From the NCBI GenBank assembly GCA_977017575.1, contig CDRNVI010000002.1:868001-932000 (forward strand): a DNA stretch of 64,000 bases, given 5' to 3'. The stretch comes from Paramoeba atlantica (lineage: Eukaryota > Protista > Discosea). The notes beneath the pieces are model-generated. The model was not told the DNA's origin and made no database searches. It worked only from the letters and a program-made list of their open reading frames with translations. This document shows, piece by piece, positions 29,235 through 40,505 of the stretch. Within the stretch, counting starts at the first letter, position 1, and every line of letters begins with the position of its first letter. A program made the translations under genes and the position numbers.

Positions 29235-29627
29235 GCATACCTTCAAACTGAGAATGTTCGTACTTTTTACGCATCCCTGGGCAGAGACACGCCGCTTTAC
29301 AGTGCCTTTGATGATCAAGTTTAATCTCTACCTTACGCAACTCGAAATTGAACGGAAAGTTTTGTAGTATACTGATTTCTTTTATGTAAAATATTTCTTA
29401 AAGTCTTTTTCCTTCTGCGGTAATACTGTAAAATCCCCCTAATAGGTGACGTAGGCCATTTCTAGGTTTACTCCCAATAAGGTAGGTTAGGTCCAAGTGC
29501 TCTATACTTTATACTGTAGAGTCTACCGTACAATACGTGCGCGCGCTATTCCAAGTTACACGCTTAAGCAGCTTCAGTTCTATTCATAAACTTCTCTTAC
29601 CTTGAATGTAGCATTTAATAGCTTCGT

Positions 29628-30959
29628 ATGCGAGAAACTGTTTTGCACGCTACTGTTGTAAGCAGTACCTCTTCACTTAGTTCTTTAATAGTTCAGGCAG
29701 CTACTGCCGACAAGCAACAATCAGGTTACCGAAGATTTCGTGAAAAAGAACCTTTTCAATTTGCCTGGAAAAGCACTCCGCCACCCTGGGTAGAAGCCGA
29801 AACGAGGGAGGGTATTGAAATTATGGACACTACTTTGCCTTATACGGAGCGAACACACGCTGAATTTTTTGCGCTCATGCGTTGGCTAGCGCCTTCTGAA
29901 GCGGAAACTCAGGTACGCTTAGCGGTGCACCAGGAAGTGGTAACTATTTTGCAACAAGTGGACCCCAACATACAGGTAGATATTTTCGGTTCTCTTATGT
30001 ACGGCGTGGCGCTCCCAGTGTCAGATATGGATATGAACGTAACTTCGTCCTCTGAGGGGCTTCTTTCAGTGGAGAAATTAGGTAATGTTCTACGAGCTAC
30101 AGGTCTCTACTACAAGTTCAAAGTACTTCGTAAGGCACGAGTGCCTTTGGTGAAGTGTACTCACAGGCGCAGCGCTACAGAACTTGACTTTACTATATCC
30201 AACAATTCTGGGCGAATAACGGGTCATGTCGCAAGAGAATATTTCGAGCGCTTTCCTGCAGCGCGTCCGCTCGTCGTGTTTTTGAAATATTTTCTACGTC
30301 AGAGAGGTCTAGAGGATGTCAGTCTTGGTGGACTTTCGTCTTATAGTATTTGCCTTATGGTATTTTCCTACTTCCAAAATAGACCCCTGGAGAAGAAAGT
30401 CAAGGGCTACGGACAGCTTCTTTTAGAATTCCTGTATCTCTACGGTTATGACTTCAATCATCGACGACTGGGTATTGATGTTGCAAGGCAGCGTTACGTC
30501 CCAAAACCTCCAACTATTCCTGCAGAACACCTGTACATCGTGGATCCTGCGGATGAAAAAAATAACGTCAGTCGTGCAACTAAAAAGTACGACTTTATTT
30601 ATCGATCGTTCCGGATAGCGCATACTGTTCTTACCACAGTATTTCCTCCAAACATTGATAACTGTGGTTCTCTCTTTGGTCGACTCTTAAGAAACGATAC
30701 GCACATGATATCACTTCGCCGATACATGTGTTCCTTTCCGGTGGCTCAATACTATCCTGCGTGGCCAATTGACTCCCGCAATTTTATTCCGTCAATGAAA
30801 AACCAGTTTTTTGCATCCCCGAACTTGACGTTTGCTGATATTTCTGTTTTTCCTAGAAGGGGGAAAAAGCGCTCGGGTCATGAATCAGATGAGATTGATA
30901 ACTGGAGAAAACGAAGAGTGAGAATTTCAGAGAATGAAGACTATAGCTGGGAAGAATAA
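29628..30959 (+). CDS. Non-canonical poly(A) polymerase, Trf4/PAPD5-like
   Basis: FGSLMYGVALPVSDMD (GS..DxD), KARVPLVK, GGLSSYSI, LYIVDP..NNVSR (PAP-associated domain). Confidence 0.88.
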   Translation: MRETVLHATVVSSTSSLSSLIVQAATADKQQSGYRRFREKEPFQFAWKSTPPPWVEAETREGIEIMDTTLPYTERTHAEFFALMRWLAPSEAETQVRLAVHQEVVTILQQVDPNIQVDIFGSLMYGVALPVSDMDMNVTSSSEGLLSVEKLGNVLRATGLYYKFKVLRKARVPLVKCTHRRSATELDFTISNNSGRITGHVAREYFERFPAARPLVVFLKYFLRQRGLEDVSLGGLSSYSICLMVFSYFQNRPLEKKVKGYGQLLLEFLYLYGYDFNHRRLGIDVARQRYVPKPPTIPAEHLYIVDPADEKNNVSRATKKYDFIYRSFRIAHTVLTTVFPPNIDNCGSLFGRLLRNDTHMISLRRYMCSFPVAQYYPAWPIDSRNFIPSMKNQFFASPNLTFADISVFPRRGKKRSGHESDEIDNWRKRRVRISENEDYSWEE

Positions 30960-31368
30960 CTATAGCTGGAAGTAACCGGACCCCAAACATAAAAATGATG
31001 CACTTACCATGTAATCGAAATATTGGGGTCTGTTTATTCTCATACGTAAGAAAACACATAGTAAGAGATTGTTATCGGAAAAGAGTTGTCAAAAAGCTAA
31101 AGATATTGTAGTTGTAGTTCAATTGTAGTAAATAACTACAAAGAGAACATCGAGAAATAAATTTATATTATGAATGATGTTAAAAACATCAACAAATAAC
31201 ATGCCTTAGTTCTGCCTTACAAATATAAACTTTCCTTTTTTATCAAATGACTAAAAACTGTAAGTAAGATAGCCGAAACATAGCAAAGTATTAAAAAGTT
31301 GTGACATGTATTACTCCAAAGAAAAGAAAAGAATATTTCTTTTATTTATTAGAGTATCCTACGCTTAG

Positions 31369-34300
31369 ATGAGCGCATTCGAACTTCCTTCTGCGACACA
31401 GGATTCCCCGGCGCAGGATGATTTTTCTACTCCTGTCCCCACATCTCGTAAGCCTGCGCCCATTGTACTTTCTGAAAAAAAGACTAATGTTATGGGTACT
31501 GTCGAAGAAGCAAAAGATTTAAAACGACGACTACATGAAGTCGAGTGCGCCTTGCGAAGATCACACGTAGAAAATCAACGCTTACGCGACCGCTTCAAGG
31601 AAAAGATAAAAGCACGCCAAGAAGAAGCCGTTGAGAAAAAGAGACAACGAGACGAGGCAAATATACAAGATAAGAAGCACGCACACGACATGTTTCAACA
31701 GCTTAAAGATGAGCGCGCAAAGAGCGACGAAATAGCATTAGAAAACAAGCGACTTCAAAGAGAGCTGCAAGAGGAAAAGGAAAAGAATACCCAGGTAACC
31801 ACTGATCTAGAAAATATGCAATCCGAGAGAGAGCAACTTTTAGAAGGAAAAGGACAATTGGATGCAAAAGTACAACAGACTTCAGTGGATTTTGGGCTTC
31901 TAAACGAAGAATTAAGCAAACGAAAGCTAATGTTGGATACTACTCGAGAGAAACTTGCCTACATAGAAACAGAAAAAGACACATTGCAGGAAAGGTTGAA
32001 TGAGGCACTTGAACACACACAACAGGCCGAGGGATTACAACGCCAGCTTATGGATGAAATCACTGAGGCTCGTCTGGAGGAAGTCCGGGCTAAAGATTTA
32101 TCGGTTCGGCTACAGAACACATCAGCAACGCTTTCTGAAAAAACTTTTGAGGCCACAAAGTTAAAAGAGGAAGTGAGTCAGCTTACAGTTGCTAATCAGG
32201 ATCTTAAGCATCAGTGCGAAGCCTTATCCAGCGATCTACAAGATATTACTGAGAGTCTGCAAGCTTCGAAGGCTGAGAATGAATCACTTCAAGACAGCTT
32301 AGCTCGAGAAAGCCAAGAGAGTCAAACTTTACGCGGGCGTCTTGAGGGTGTCGCACAGAATAGTGACGAGCAGGGTAAGGAACTGTCAGCCAAAGAATCT
32401 GAAACTAACATGTTACGCAGCACTATTGAGTTTTACAAAAGCGAGGTGGAAGATTTGAAGAATCAACTTCAAGAAAGTCGGAAACGTGTTTCAGAGCTCG
32501 AAGACTCTCACGAGCAGGCGACGGGAGATATCAAAGATCTGCAAGATAAACTTGACGAATCTAGTCGTGCATGTGAGTTGGATGCATGCTTGACGAGTCA
32601 GTACCGTACAGACCTCGAGGAGCGTCGCAGCGCACTTTCTGCACTCGAGAGAGAGTTAAAAAAGGTTGACCAAGAGAGAGTTGACATTCAGTCGCAGCTT
32701 GAGCATGAGAGACTACGAAACACCGCTCTTGAAAAAGCCCTTGTGCGAGCCCAGGAAGATGTCAGTGACCAATCACAGCGCCGCACAGCTGTGTCACAAT
32801 CCCTGGAGGAAGAAGTGTCAAAATACCATGAATTAGAGGGTCAAAATACAATCTTGGAGCAGGAATTACAGGCCGTGCACACTGAGCTAGATACTTTTGA
32901 GCAAGAAAACGAGGCCTTGAAAACGGAGCTAAGCACAGTACAAACTCAACTTCACACGCGTGAGGAGGAAATCTCCAATGCTACCCGTCGATCTCAATAC
33001 CTTGACACCGATGCAAATATCAAAACTCAGCAAATTCATGATCTTCGTGAAAACTTACAGCGATGCACCGATGAACTCGATACAAAGCGTGTTCAGCTTC
33101 ACTCAACAGAGACGCAACTCTCCGCGTCCCAAATCACTCTTAAAGAACTACGTATTAAACTTGAGCAGAAACAATCTGAAGTATCCAGTATGGAGTCTAC
33201 TTTGGATTTGAGTCGCAAAGCCCTTCTCGAAGAGCAGCAGAAGCTCGTTATGCAAAAGTCGGAGTTTGTATTCGCGCAGGGAGAGTTAGCCAACGAGCGA
33301 CAATTCCGTCAAAGTGATACTTCTCGGCTTCAGCGCGAGATAGAGGACTCGCAAAATGCACTTGAGGAGGTCCGCGCGCAGTACGACAGTCTTGTGACAA
33401 CTCTTCACGAGTTTGAGGATGTCGTTTCCGAGCGTGAAGCTACTGTAGCTGACATGCAGAATCAAATTATTTCTCTAGAAGGCGGAAAACAATCTATCGA
33501 AGAGCGGGCTTCTGTTTTACAACACGATGTTGATAAGCTAACAACAGAAAGAAATCGCCAAGAAACAGAGATTGCAGAAATGCAAAGTCGACTTCAAGAT
33601 TCCGCCAAACAGGTACATCGATTGATGCGAGATTTGCGTGACGCACATGGGGAAGTTACCGATGTAGTACGTTGGAGAGATGAGGAACGTTCGTCGCATG
33701 ACACACTTCGCAAAGAATACAAATTATACCGCTCCGAGCTGGACAAAGAATTGCAGGAAGCGAAAACACGCATTATCACGCTTACCAGCGATTTAGATTT
33801 ACTTCGGAGCCAATTAACTGAAGCACAACAGCGTGTGGCACAACTCTCAGAGAGTTTAATGGAAGAAGAGTCGACATCCCAACAATTACGAACTCAACTA
33901 GACTGCGCGGAGAAAGAACTTCACGTGGAGTCCGGTGCTCGAAAGGAACTGGAGCAACGATACGTTGAGACTATTCAAGAGTTACAATCGTCCAATGCCA
34001 CTACGGCAACACTTCTGGAGGAAGCCTCAGAATTGCGCGAATCAGTCCAGGAAGCTCAGAAGAAGATTCACAATACCGAAGTTGCGTTTTCCCTTGAAAA
34101 AACTCGTGCAGAGCGATATCTCGCCTCTCTCGATTCTGCAAACGGGGAGCTACGAGACTTGCGTTCAACAAAAGAGCAATTACTCTCCTCTTTGCGCATG
34201 CAAGAAACAAAATGTTCCGAATTGCTCCGGACAGAAGATGTTCTTCGGGAATCGGTACAACAGAGAGCACGCGAATTGGAGGAGAGCATCTCGAAAAATC

Positions 34301-34782
34301 GCAGAGAGCGAATGGAAAATGATGAACAGGTTTCTCTCCTAAGATCCCAACTTCGCACGCTTGAGGCGGACTTCACCGGTGCAAAGGAAAATGCGATTCA
34401 GTTACAAGCCACACTGGACCGTACGCAAGAAGACCTGAACGATAATCGGTCTCGGGGTTTCGCCCTTAACCGGGAGTTTGAAGAGTTTAAAGAAACGTGT
34501 GATGAGACTACGCACAAGGCCCGTGAAGAGCGGGATCTCTTTATTCAGAAGTATCATTCAGCGTGTTATAGAAACATGCAAGTCGAGCGGGAGGCGCATG
34601 AAGCCCGGCAAAACTACCTGAATGAGTACGAATCATTTGAGCAATTACGATTAAACCATGATGCCGTGTTGGGCCGTCTTCGCGAAAAAGTTGCTGAGCG
34701 AGAGGAGAAATTTCGCGCCGCTTTGGACCAAGAAAGAAAGCGCATTGCTGAACTTGAATCCGTACTTCACCAAGGGCGTTAG
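31369..34782 (+). CDS. Long coiled-coil protein, paralog A
   Basis: 1137 aa E/Q/L/K/R-rich heptads; C-terminal ERDLFIQKYHSACYRNMQVERE shared with paralog B. Confidence 0.8.
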   Translation: MSAFELPSATQDSPAQDDFSTPVPTSRKPAPIVLSEKKTNVMGTVEEAKDLKRRLHEVECALRRSHVENQRLRDRFKEKIKARQEEAVEKKRQRDEANIQDKKHAHDMFQQLKDERAKSDEIALENKRLQRELQEEKEKNTQVTTDLENMQSEREQLLEGKGQLDAKVQQTSVDFGLLNEELSKRKLMLDTTREKLAYIETEKDTLQERLNEALEHTQQAEGLQRQLMDEITEARLEEVRAKDLSVRLQNTSATLSEKTFEATKLKEEVSQLTVANQDLKHQCEALSSDLQDITESLQASKAENESLQDSLARESQESQTLRGRLEGVAQNSDEQGKELSAKESETNMLRSTIEFYKSEVEDLKNQLQESRKRVSELEDSHEQATGDIKDLQDKLDESSRACELDACLTSQYRTDLEERRSALSALERELKKVDQERVDIQSQLEHERLRNTALEKALVRAQEDVSDQSQRRTAVSQSLEEEVSKYHELEGQNTILEQELQAVHTELDTFEQENEALKTELSTVQTQLHTREEEISNATRRSQYLDTDANIKTQQIHDLRENLQRCTDELDTKRVQLHSTETQLSASQITLKELRIKLEQKQSEVSSMESTLDLSRKALLEEQQKLVMQKSEFVFAQGELANERQFRQSDTSRLQREIEDSQNALEEVRAQYDSLVTTLHEFEDVVSEREATVADMQNQIISLEGGKQSIEERASVLQHDVDKLTTERNRQETEIAEMQSRLQDSAKQVHRLMRDLRDAHGEVTDVVRWRDEERSSHDTLRKEYKLYRSELDKELQEAKTRIITLTSDLDLLRSQLTEAQQRVAQLSESLMEEESTSQQLRTQLDCAEKELHVESGARKELEQRYVETIQELQSSNATTATLLEEASELRESVQEAQKKIHNTEVAFSLEKTRAERYLASLDSANGELRDLRSTKEQLLSSLRMQETKCSELLRTEDVLRESVQQRARELEESISKNRRERMENDEQVSLLRSQLRTLEADFTGAKENAIQLQATLDRTQEDLNDNRSRGFALNREFEEFKETCDETTHKAREERDLFIQKYHSACYRNMQVEREAHEARQNYLNEYESFEQLRLNHDAVLGRLREKVAEREEKFRAALDQERKRIAELESVLHQGR

Positions 34783-35167
34783 TTTTATATTTGATTGGCA
34801 TTAGCATGCATTTTACGGAGTAGCCAGCGTACTAGCGGTACCTCTAGAGTACTTTTTCTATAAATTTAAGTAAAAGTTGGGTTTTTTATATTAGTAGTAT
34901 AGAATTTTCTAATAGTAAGTATTTTCCTGCGTTGTGTCAACAACGTATAATTTATTGTCTGTTGAATTTTTTATTGAATAGACTTGGGGGATCGGATCAT
35001 AGATTCCTGTTTTGTACAGCTTCATGAATTATTCAATATAGTTATAGACAATTCAGAAAAACAACAGTGTACTTTCTTTACACGTCAGACCCTTATTTCA
35101 CGTACTTCTTTCATAATTTTTGACTATGCTCAGTAATTACAACTGCTTTTAGTTAGATTTTCATATT

Positions 35168-38100
35168 ATGTCGAATTTGGACCCTGAACACCTAGAAGTT
35201 GATTTGTCGGATGGTTCTCTTCATACTCCGCAACGAGCATGTACTTCCGGACATGCCACTTCGATTTGCAGGTCGAGATATCGCCTCGGCGAACGCTCTG
35301 CTTCAAAGCCAATTGGGAAACTAGTTACTACCCAAGATCAGGAAATAAAGGATTTAAGAAGGACTCTTAGCGAATCTCAGTTCGAGGCACGGAAGCAAAC
35401 AAACGAATGTGAACGACTTCGGGAACAGTTGTCAAACGTTTTCCGCCTAAAACAAGACGAAGCTACTCTAAATCGAACCGCCCGAGAAACAGGAACGGTG
35501 CGCGAAAGGAAAATACATCGAGACTGGATTAAAAAAGCTAAGCAAGAAAAGCGTACCGCAACACAGCTTTCATCAGCGAATGAAGAGCTAAAGAAACAAA
35601 TTTCGGTATTAGTGTCTCAATTAGAGCAAGAGCGTTCTTCCTGGCAGATTAAAATGACAGAAATGGAAGGCGAGAAAGAGAGTTATTGTCAGAATCGTAT
35701 TGCACCGGCATTCCAAGAACTGCGTCAAACCATACAGGAACGAGATAATGCCCAAAAAAGTGCTGAAAACTCAAAAATTTTATTCGATCAGCTGCAAAAG
35801 GATTTCGAAGAATTACAGAAAGCTCTTCATCACACAGAGAATCAGCTTTCGAGATCTCAAGTTCAGAAGAAGGAACTTATGGATGAGATTACCAGCTTGA
35901 GATTGGGAAACGACTCCTGTAGCGAAGCGCAAAAGCGGCTTGCAGAAGTTACTGAAGCTCTCGTTACGAAAGATGACATCATGTTGAAATTATCACAAGA
36001 AAACCAAAAACTTACATACTTGCAAACAAATCTTGAAAAGGAAATCGGCAGAAGTGTTCCTAGATGTGAAGAATTGAAGAAGGAAGTGGAGCAACTCAAG
36101 GAAAGGGGGAATAATCTTGACGCACAGTTATCCGCTGCTCTATCTGAAAACGAGAGTTTGCGAGACAAGAACATAGCGATATCTCTCAGTCTTACAAATG
36201 TTCAATCACGGTATTTAACGTGTCAAGGAGACCTTCACACTGTTGAGGCAGATCGAGATATGTGCAAGTTTGAGAATAAACTTTTCAAAGAAGAACGGGA
36301 GACGAAAGTGGAAGTAAACAAAGAATTACAAGAAAAGGTGCATCTTCATTGCTTAAAAGAGGAAACCTGGGATTATGAAAAGAGAAAACTTCAAGAACGT
36401 TCCGCGGAAGAAAGTCAAGCAAAAGAAAGATACTTAGCAAGTGCGCAGTCACTAGAAGAGCGGCTACTAGAGAGCGAACAGGTACTGTGCAAGGCTAATG
36501 GGACAATCAAATTACTGCAACTTGAAGCGGAGAAGGAAAAAGGGGAATTCATTTTAATTCAAAACTCAAACAATAAATTGCGAGTTCAGCAAGAAATCGA
36601 CAAGAGCTGTATTCAAGAAATAAGTTGGTCTCTTTGTGAAGCCCAAAAAGACAATTTAGAATTATCTTCCTCAAGTGCGGCTACTCAGAAAGAACTAGTG
36701 TATCTTCGAGAAGTTCATTCAAGGACACAGCTTGAAACCCAAGAAGTTGGCACACGTATTCGAAAAATTGAAAACGAGCTTTCCATCTCTAAAATGGAAG
36801 CTCAATCATTGCAAAACAGTCTTGAAGAGGCTCGTTTGATCATTAACGATACCTCATCTGAGAAGGAAAGACTGATTACTGAAACACATGAATGTAATTC
36901 TGAAATTCGGCGCTGTCGCTTAGCATTGGCCGACTACGAAATGAAGCTCGATCAAGAAAATCATCGTTTTCAAGATCAGGAACAGAGTCTAAAGAAAGGA
37001 AGAAGTGAACATTTGGCTCTTCAAGAGCAGGCAGAGAAAAACGGGAAAGAGCTTCAGGGTTTGCAAATGTGTGTTACAGCCCTTGAAGGCGAGACAGAAA
37101 GGCTTGCTCAAGAACGCGAAGTCTATCGAAAAGAACTACAAAACTGTATTCAGAAAGCTCAAAAACTTTTTACTAGTTTTCTGGAAAATAATGCAAAGTG
37201 CGTCGAATTTGAGAAAATCGTAGAACTGCAAGAATCTTCGTTAAAAGAAAAAGATAGTCTCTATAAGAAAATGGAAATTAAGCTCGAAATGTTTGAAAGT
37301 CAAATTTATGAATACAGAAAAGAACGCGACGCTCAAAAACGCTTGGAGTCGGATTTGAAATCAGAAATTAGAAACCTGAGTGCGCATTGCGAAAAATTAA
37401 AGGAAAAAATAGCTTGCAATGAGATGGAAATGGCGAATCTTTATTCCACTCACAAATCCATTGAAGAAAAATTGTTAAATACAGCCAAATCATTACATAA
37501 GGAAAACAAAACATCTGAAATTACTAGAAGTAATCTCTCCAAGGCTCTTGAAGAAAAGGAACAAACAAAAGCAGCTCTTCAAAACTCGCTCCTTAAAATA
37601 GATTCTTTGCAAGGCGAAATAGGAACAATACGATTAGACTTTGAAACATGCCAGTTGAAGAATCAGCGACTTTCGGACGATATAGAAAAATTTGAATGTG
37701 ATTGCTGCATCAAGGAGCAAAAACTCTTTGAATGTGAGGAAAGTCTTGCTACGAAAGATAGACTTATCTCCGTTACCCAACAGAAGTTGGAAGAGAGTGA
37801 TATTCAGTTACAATCTATGAAGTCTCAAGCGGAAGACCTGAAATTGATTGAAGAATCTCTCCGGAATGAAGTTCTTAGGACCTTAACTCTGCTTGGGAAT
37901 GAAAAGTCACGAAATTCCGAATTGGTACATGCACTTAAAATTTCTGAGGAAAACGAGATGTGCTGCCAATCGAAAGCGGACGCTTCGGGTGTCAGAGTTC
38001 AAGCTCTACAAGAAGAGATTTCCCAAGCTACGCAAGACAAGCATTATATGCAGCTTTCGATAGATAAAAAGACATCAGAAATTGATGGCATCAAAATAGA

Positions 38101-38701
38101 AAATGCAAATTACTGCAAGAACATACGCAGCTTAGAAACGCATCTCTCGCGACGAGCGCAAATGTTTGAGAAAATGATATATGATAGCAGAGCTTTACTG
38201 CATATAGCTGAAAAATCTCTTTGCAAAGAAGCAGAGAGTTGCGAGCGAAATAAAAATATGCTAACCGAAGTGCAGGAACGTGGAAAAATTGTCGTGGGCG
38301 AGGTTAGCTATGAAGCTTCCATTTTTCAGCAAGAGCGAGATCTTTATATTAAAAAGTATCACTCAGCATGCTATAGAAACATTCAGGTTGAGCGTGACGT
38401 TCATGAAGCGAGGCAGAAATATCTTTGCGAATATGAAGCGTTGGAAAAATTGCGTGAATCACACAAGGACTTTCTTCTGAAACTTCAGAGCGCCACTGCA
38501 TCACGTGAGGATAAATTTCGTATTGCCATCGACAATGAAACGGTAAAATGTCATGAAATGTCTCAGCTTATCTTACAATTGAAGAGAGAACTTAAAATTG
38601 CCAATGAAAGGCTCCTTACATCAGTTCGCCCGACAACTCCGGCACGTAAATCTCGATCCAGTTCTAAAGGAAAGCCATGTGTTTTCGAAGGTAGCACATA
38701 G
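35168..38701 (+). CDS. Long coiled-coil protein, paralog B
   Basis: 1177 aa; ERDLYIKKYHSACYRNIQVERD. Confidence 0.8.
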   Translation: MSNLDPEHLEVDLSDGSLHTPQRACTSGHATSICRSRYRLGERSASKPIGKLVTTQDQEIKDLRRTLSESQFEARKQTNECERLREQLSNVFRLKQDEATLNRTARETGTVRERKIHRDWIKKAKQEKRTATQLSSANEELKKQISVLVSQLEQERSSWQIKMTEMEGEKESYCQNRIAPAFQELRQTIQERDNAQKSAENSKILFDQLQKDFEELQKALHHTENQLSRSQVQKKELMDEITSLRLGNDSCSEAQKRLAEVTEALVTKDDIMLKLSQENQKLTYLQTNLEKEIGRSVPRCEELKKEVEQLKERGNNLDAQLSAALSENESLRDKNIAISLSLTNVQSRYLTCQGDLHTVEADRDMCKFENKLFKEERETKVEVNKELQEKVHLHCLKEETWDYEKRKLQERSAEESQAKERYLASAQSLEERLLESEQVLCKANGTIKLLQLEAEKEKGEFILIQNSNNKLRVQQEIDKSCIQEISWSLCEAQKDNLELSSSSAATQKELVYLREVHSRTQLETQEVGTRIRKIENELSISKMEAQSLQNSLEEARLIINDTSSEKERLITETHECNSEIRRCRLALADYEMKLDQENHRFQDQEQSLKKGRSEHLALQEQAEKNGKELQGLQMCVTALEGETERLAQEREVYRKELQNCIQKAQKLFTSFLENNAKCVEFEKIVELQESSLKEKDSLYKKMEIKLEMFESQIYEYRKERDAQKRLESDLKSEIRNLSAHCEKLKEKIACNEMEMANLYSTHKSIEEKLLNTAKSLHKENKTSEITRSNLSKALEEKEQTKAALQNSLLKIDSLQGEIGTIRLDFETCQLKNQRLSDDIEKFECDCCIKEQKLFECEESLATKDRLISVTQQKLEESDIQLQSMKSQAEDLKLIEESLRNEVLRTLTLLGNEKSRNSELVHALKISEENEMCCQSKADASGVRVQALQEEISQATQDKHYMQLSIDKKTSEIDGIKIENANYCKNIRSLETHLSRRAQMFEKMIYDSRALLHIAEKSLCKEAESCERNKNMLTEVQERGKIVVGEVSYEASIFQQERDLYIKKYHSACYRNIQVERDVHEARQKYLCEYEALEKLRESHKDFLLKLQSATASREDKFRIAIDNETVKCHEMSQLILQLKRELKIANERLLTSVRPTTPARKSRSSSKGKPCVFEGST

Positions 38702-39113
38702 GCATTTACTATTCAGGATTCATTAAAAATGGTCACCTTTTTAGGTCTTTTTCTTTCATATCATTTTTCTGTATTCTTCTTCCGGTGTATGATTTGAGTT
38801 AAAGAAGACAAAACGATAATCTAATCATAAATTTTAATCCCTTTCTACCACCCCTTTAAAACTACTTCCTAGAAGTAGCGCGAAATTTTTAAACTTGCTT
38901 ATGCGCAACACATCTTGCTGCGTAGAAAAAAAATCTCTTCTCATTGATCTTGTTTTTCTTGCTATTATTTATTTATACTTTCCAATATTACAAGTTACAT
39001 GATGTATATGAGTTTCGATTTTGAATGATCAGTGCCGTGTACTAGATTAGTTTGGAATTTCAGTGGCACGTTAGTATAGTATTAGAACGCACTTTTTTAT
39101 AAACGTGTACTTG

Positions 39114-40505
39114 ATGCTCTGCATTTCGCAGTTTTTTGTTTTATCTCCTAAAGGCGATCGTATAGTCTTCAAAGACTACCGCGGTGAACTACCGTCTCAG
39201 ACGGACGAAATCTTCTTCCGCAAGTACAAATTCTGGGACTCAACGCTCAATAAAGAGAAAACCTGTGCCACGCGCAGCACCGAATGTCCCCCTTTCTTTT
39301 CCGTAGATGGCATCTTATTTGCCTTTGTGCGCAAAAACGGTCTTCTCCTCGTCGCCACCTCCTGCCGTAACTACAGCCCCTCTCTCATGGCCGAATTCAT
39401 CCTACGCCTGGCACAAATCATGAAAGACTACCTCGGGGTACTTAACGAGGAGGTCCTTCGACAAACCCCCTTCCTTCTCTATGAAATCCTCGAAGAAGCC
39501 GTCGACTACGGCTACCTCCAAGACCCCGGACCCGAGCGTCTCCGTGCCCTGCTGTGCGAGACCGCCTACCTCACCCCCCCCGACCGCACCCCCTCCCCCT
39601 CCCCCATCGCCTCCCTTCGCTCCGCGGTCGCCCAGAACCTGTTCCTGGACCACACCCGGCACGGCACCGCGGCCCAGGTCTCGCTGCTCACCGCCTCCGC
39701 GGAGCGCCGCAATGAGATCTACGTCGACCTCGTGGAGCGCCTCGCGCTTACGCTCACCCCCGCGGGGAGCTGTGTCGCGGGGGAGATCGAGGGGGCCGTC
39801 GTGATGAAGTCCCTCCTCGGGGGGCTCCCCCAGCTGCGTGTGGCGTTTGGGGAGGAGGGGGTGGGGGGAGGGGGCGTCGGTTCTCGTGCTCAAGCCTCTC
39901 CGGTGAGCTTCCGTGGGGTAAGCTTTGGGGATCGTGTGGATAGTGCCGCGTTTGAGAACTCCCGAGTGTTATCGTTTTACCCCTGCGATGGGGAGTTTGT
40001 GGTGATGAAGTATCGGGTGGCGGCGCCGGCGACGGTTCCGTTTCGTGTGGTTCCGGAGTTAAGGAGTCCGGGGGTGTATAAGCTGGAGTTGGGGCTGCGT
40101 ATCCGTGCGTTGTTTGGGGAACATCTGCAGGGGACGGAGGTAGAGGTACGGGTTCCAGTACCAGCGTGTACGACTAGTGTGGTGGTGGAGGTGGATAAGC
40201 CGGCGCCGGCGACGCACTCGTATGAGTACATAGAGGCTCAGAAATGTTGTGTTTGGCGAATACAAACGTTTCCTGGAGAGGCCGAGTTCGGGTGTACCAT
40301 GCGTATGTCGCTTGGGACGGTTGTCACAGCAACTGTGGAGAAGGAGGTGGGACCCGTAGTGTTGGACTTTGAGATACCTAATTACAGTACCAGTGGGTTG
40401 TGCATCCGTTCGCTTCAGATCGAGGAAAAAAGTAAATCATACAATCCCTCAAAGTGGATACGAAGCTTTACTCGAGGTTCGAGTTATGAGTGTCGTGTTC
40501 GATAG
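39114..40505 (+). CDS. AP4M1: AP-4 adaptor complex subunit mu
   Basis: ISQFFVLSPKGDRIVFKDYRG, YEILEEAVDYGYLQ, NEIYVDLVERL, FYPCDGEFVVMKYR; mu homology domain C-terminus. Confidence 0.85.
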   Translation: MLCISQFFVLSPKGDRIVFKDYRGELPSQTDEIFFRKYKFWDSTLNKEKTCATRSTECPPFFSVDGILFAFVRKNGLLLVATSCRNYSPSLMAEFILRLAQIMKDYLGVLNEEVLRQTPFLLYEILEEAVDYGYLQDPGPERLRALLCETAYLTPPDRTPSPSPIASLRSAVAQNLFLDHTRHGTAAQVSLLTASAERRNEIYVDLVERLALTLTPAGSCVAGEIEGAVVMKSLLGGLPQLRVAFGEEGVGGGGVGSRAQASPVSFRGVSFGDRVDSAAFENSRVLSFYPCDGEFVVMKYRVAAPATVPFRVVPELRSPGVYKLELGLRIRALFGEHLQGTEVEVRVPVPACTTSVVVEVDKPAPATHSYEYIEAQKCCVWRIQTFPGEAEFGCTMRMSLGTVVTATVEKEVGPVVLDFEIPNYSTSGLCIRSLQIEEKSKSYNPSKWIRSFTRGSSYECRVR

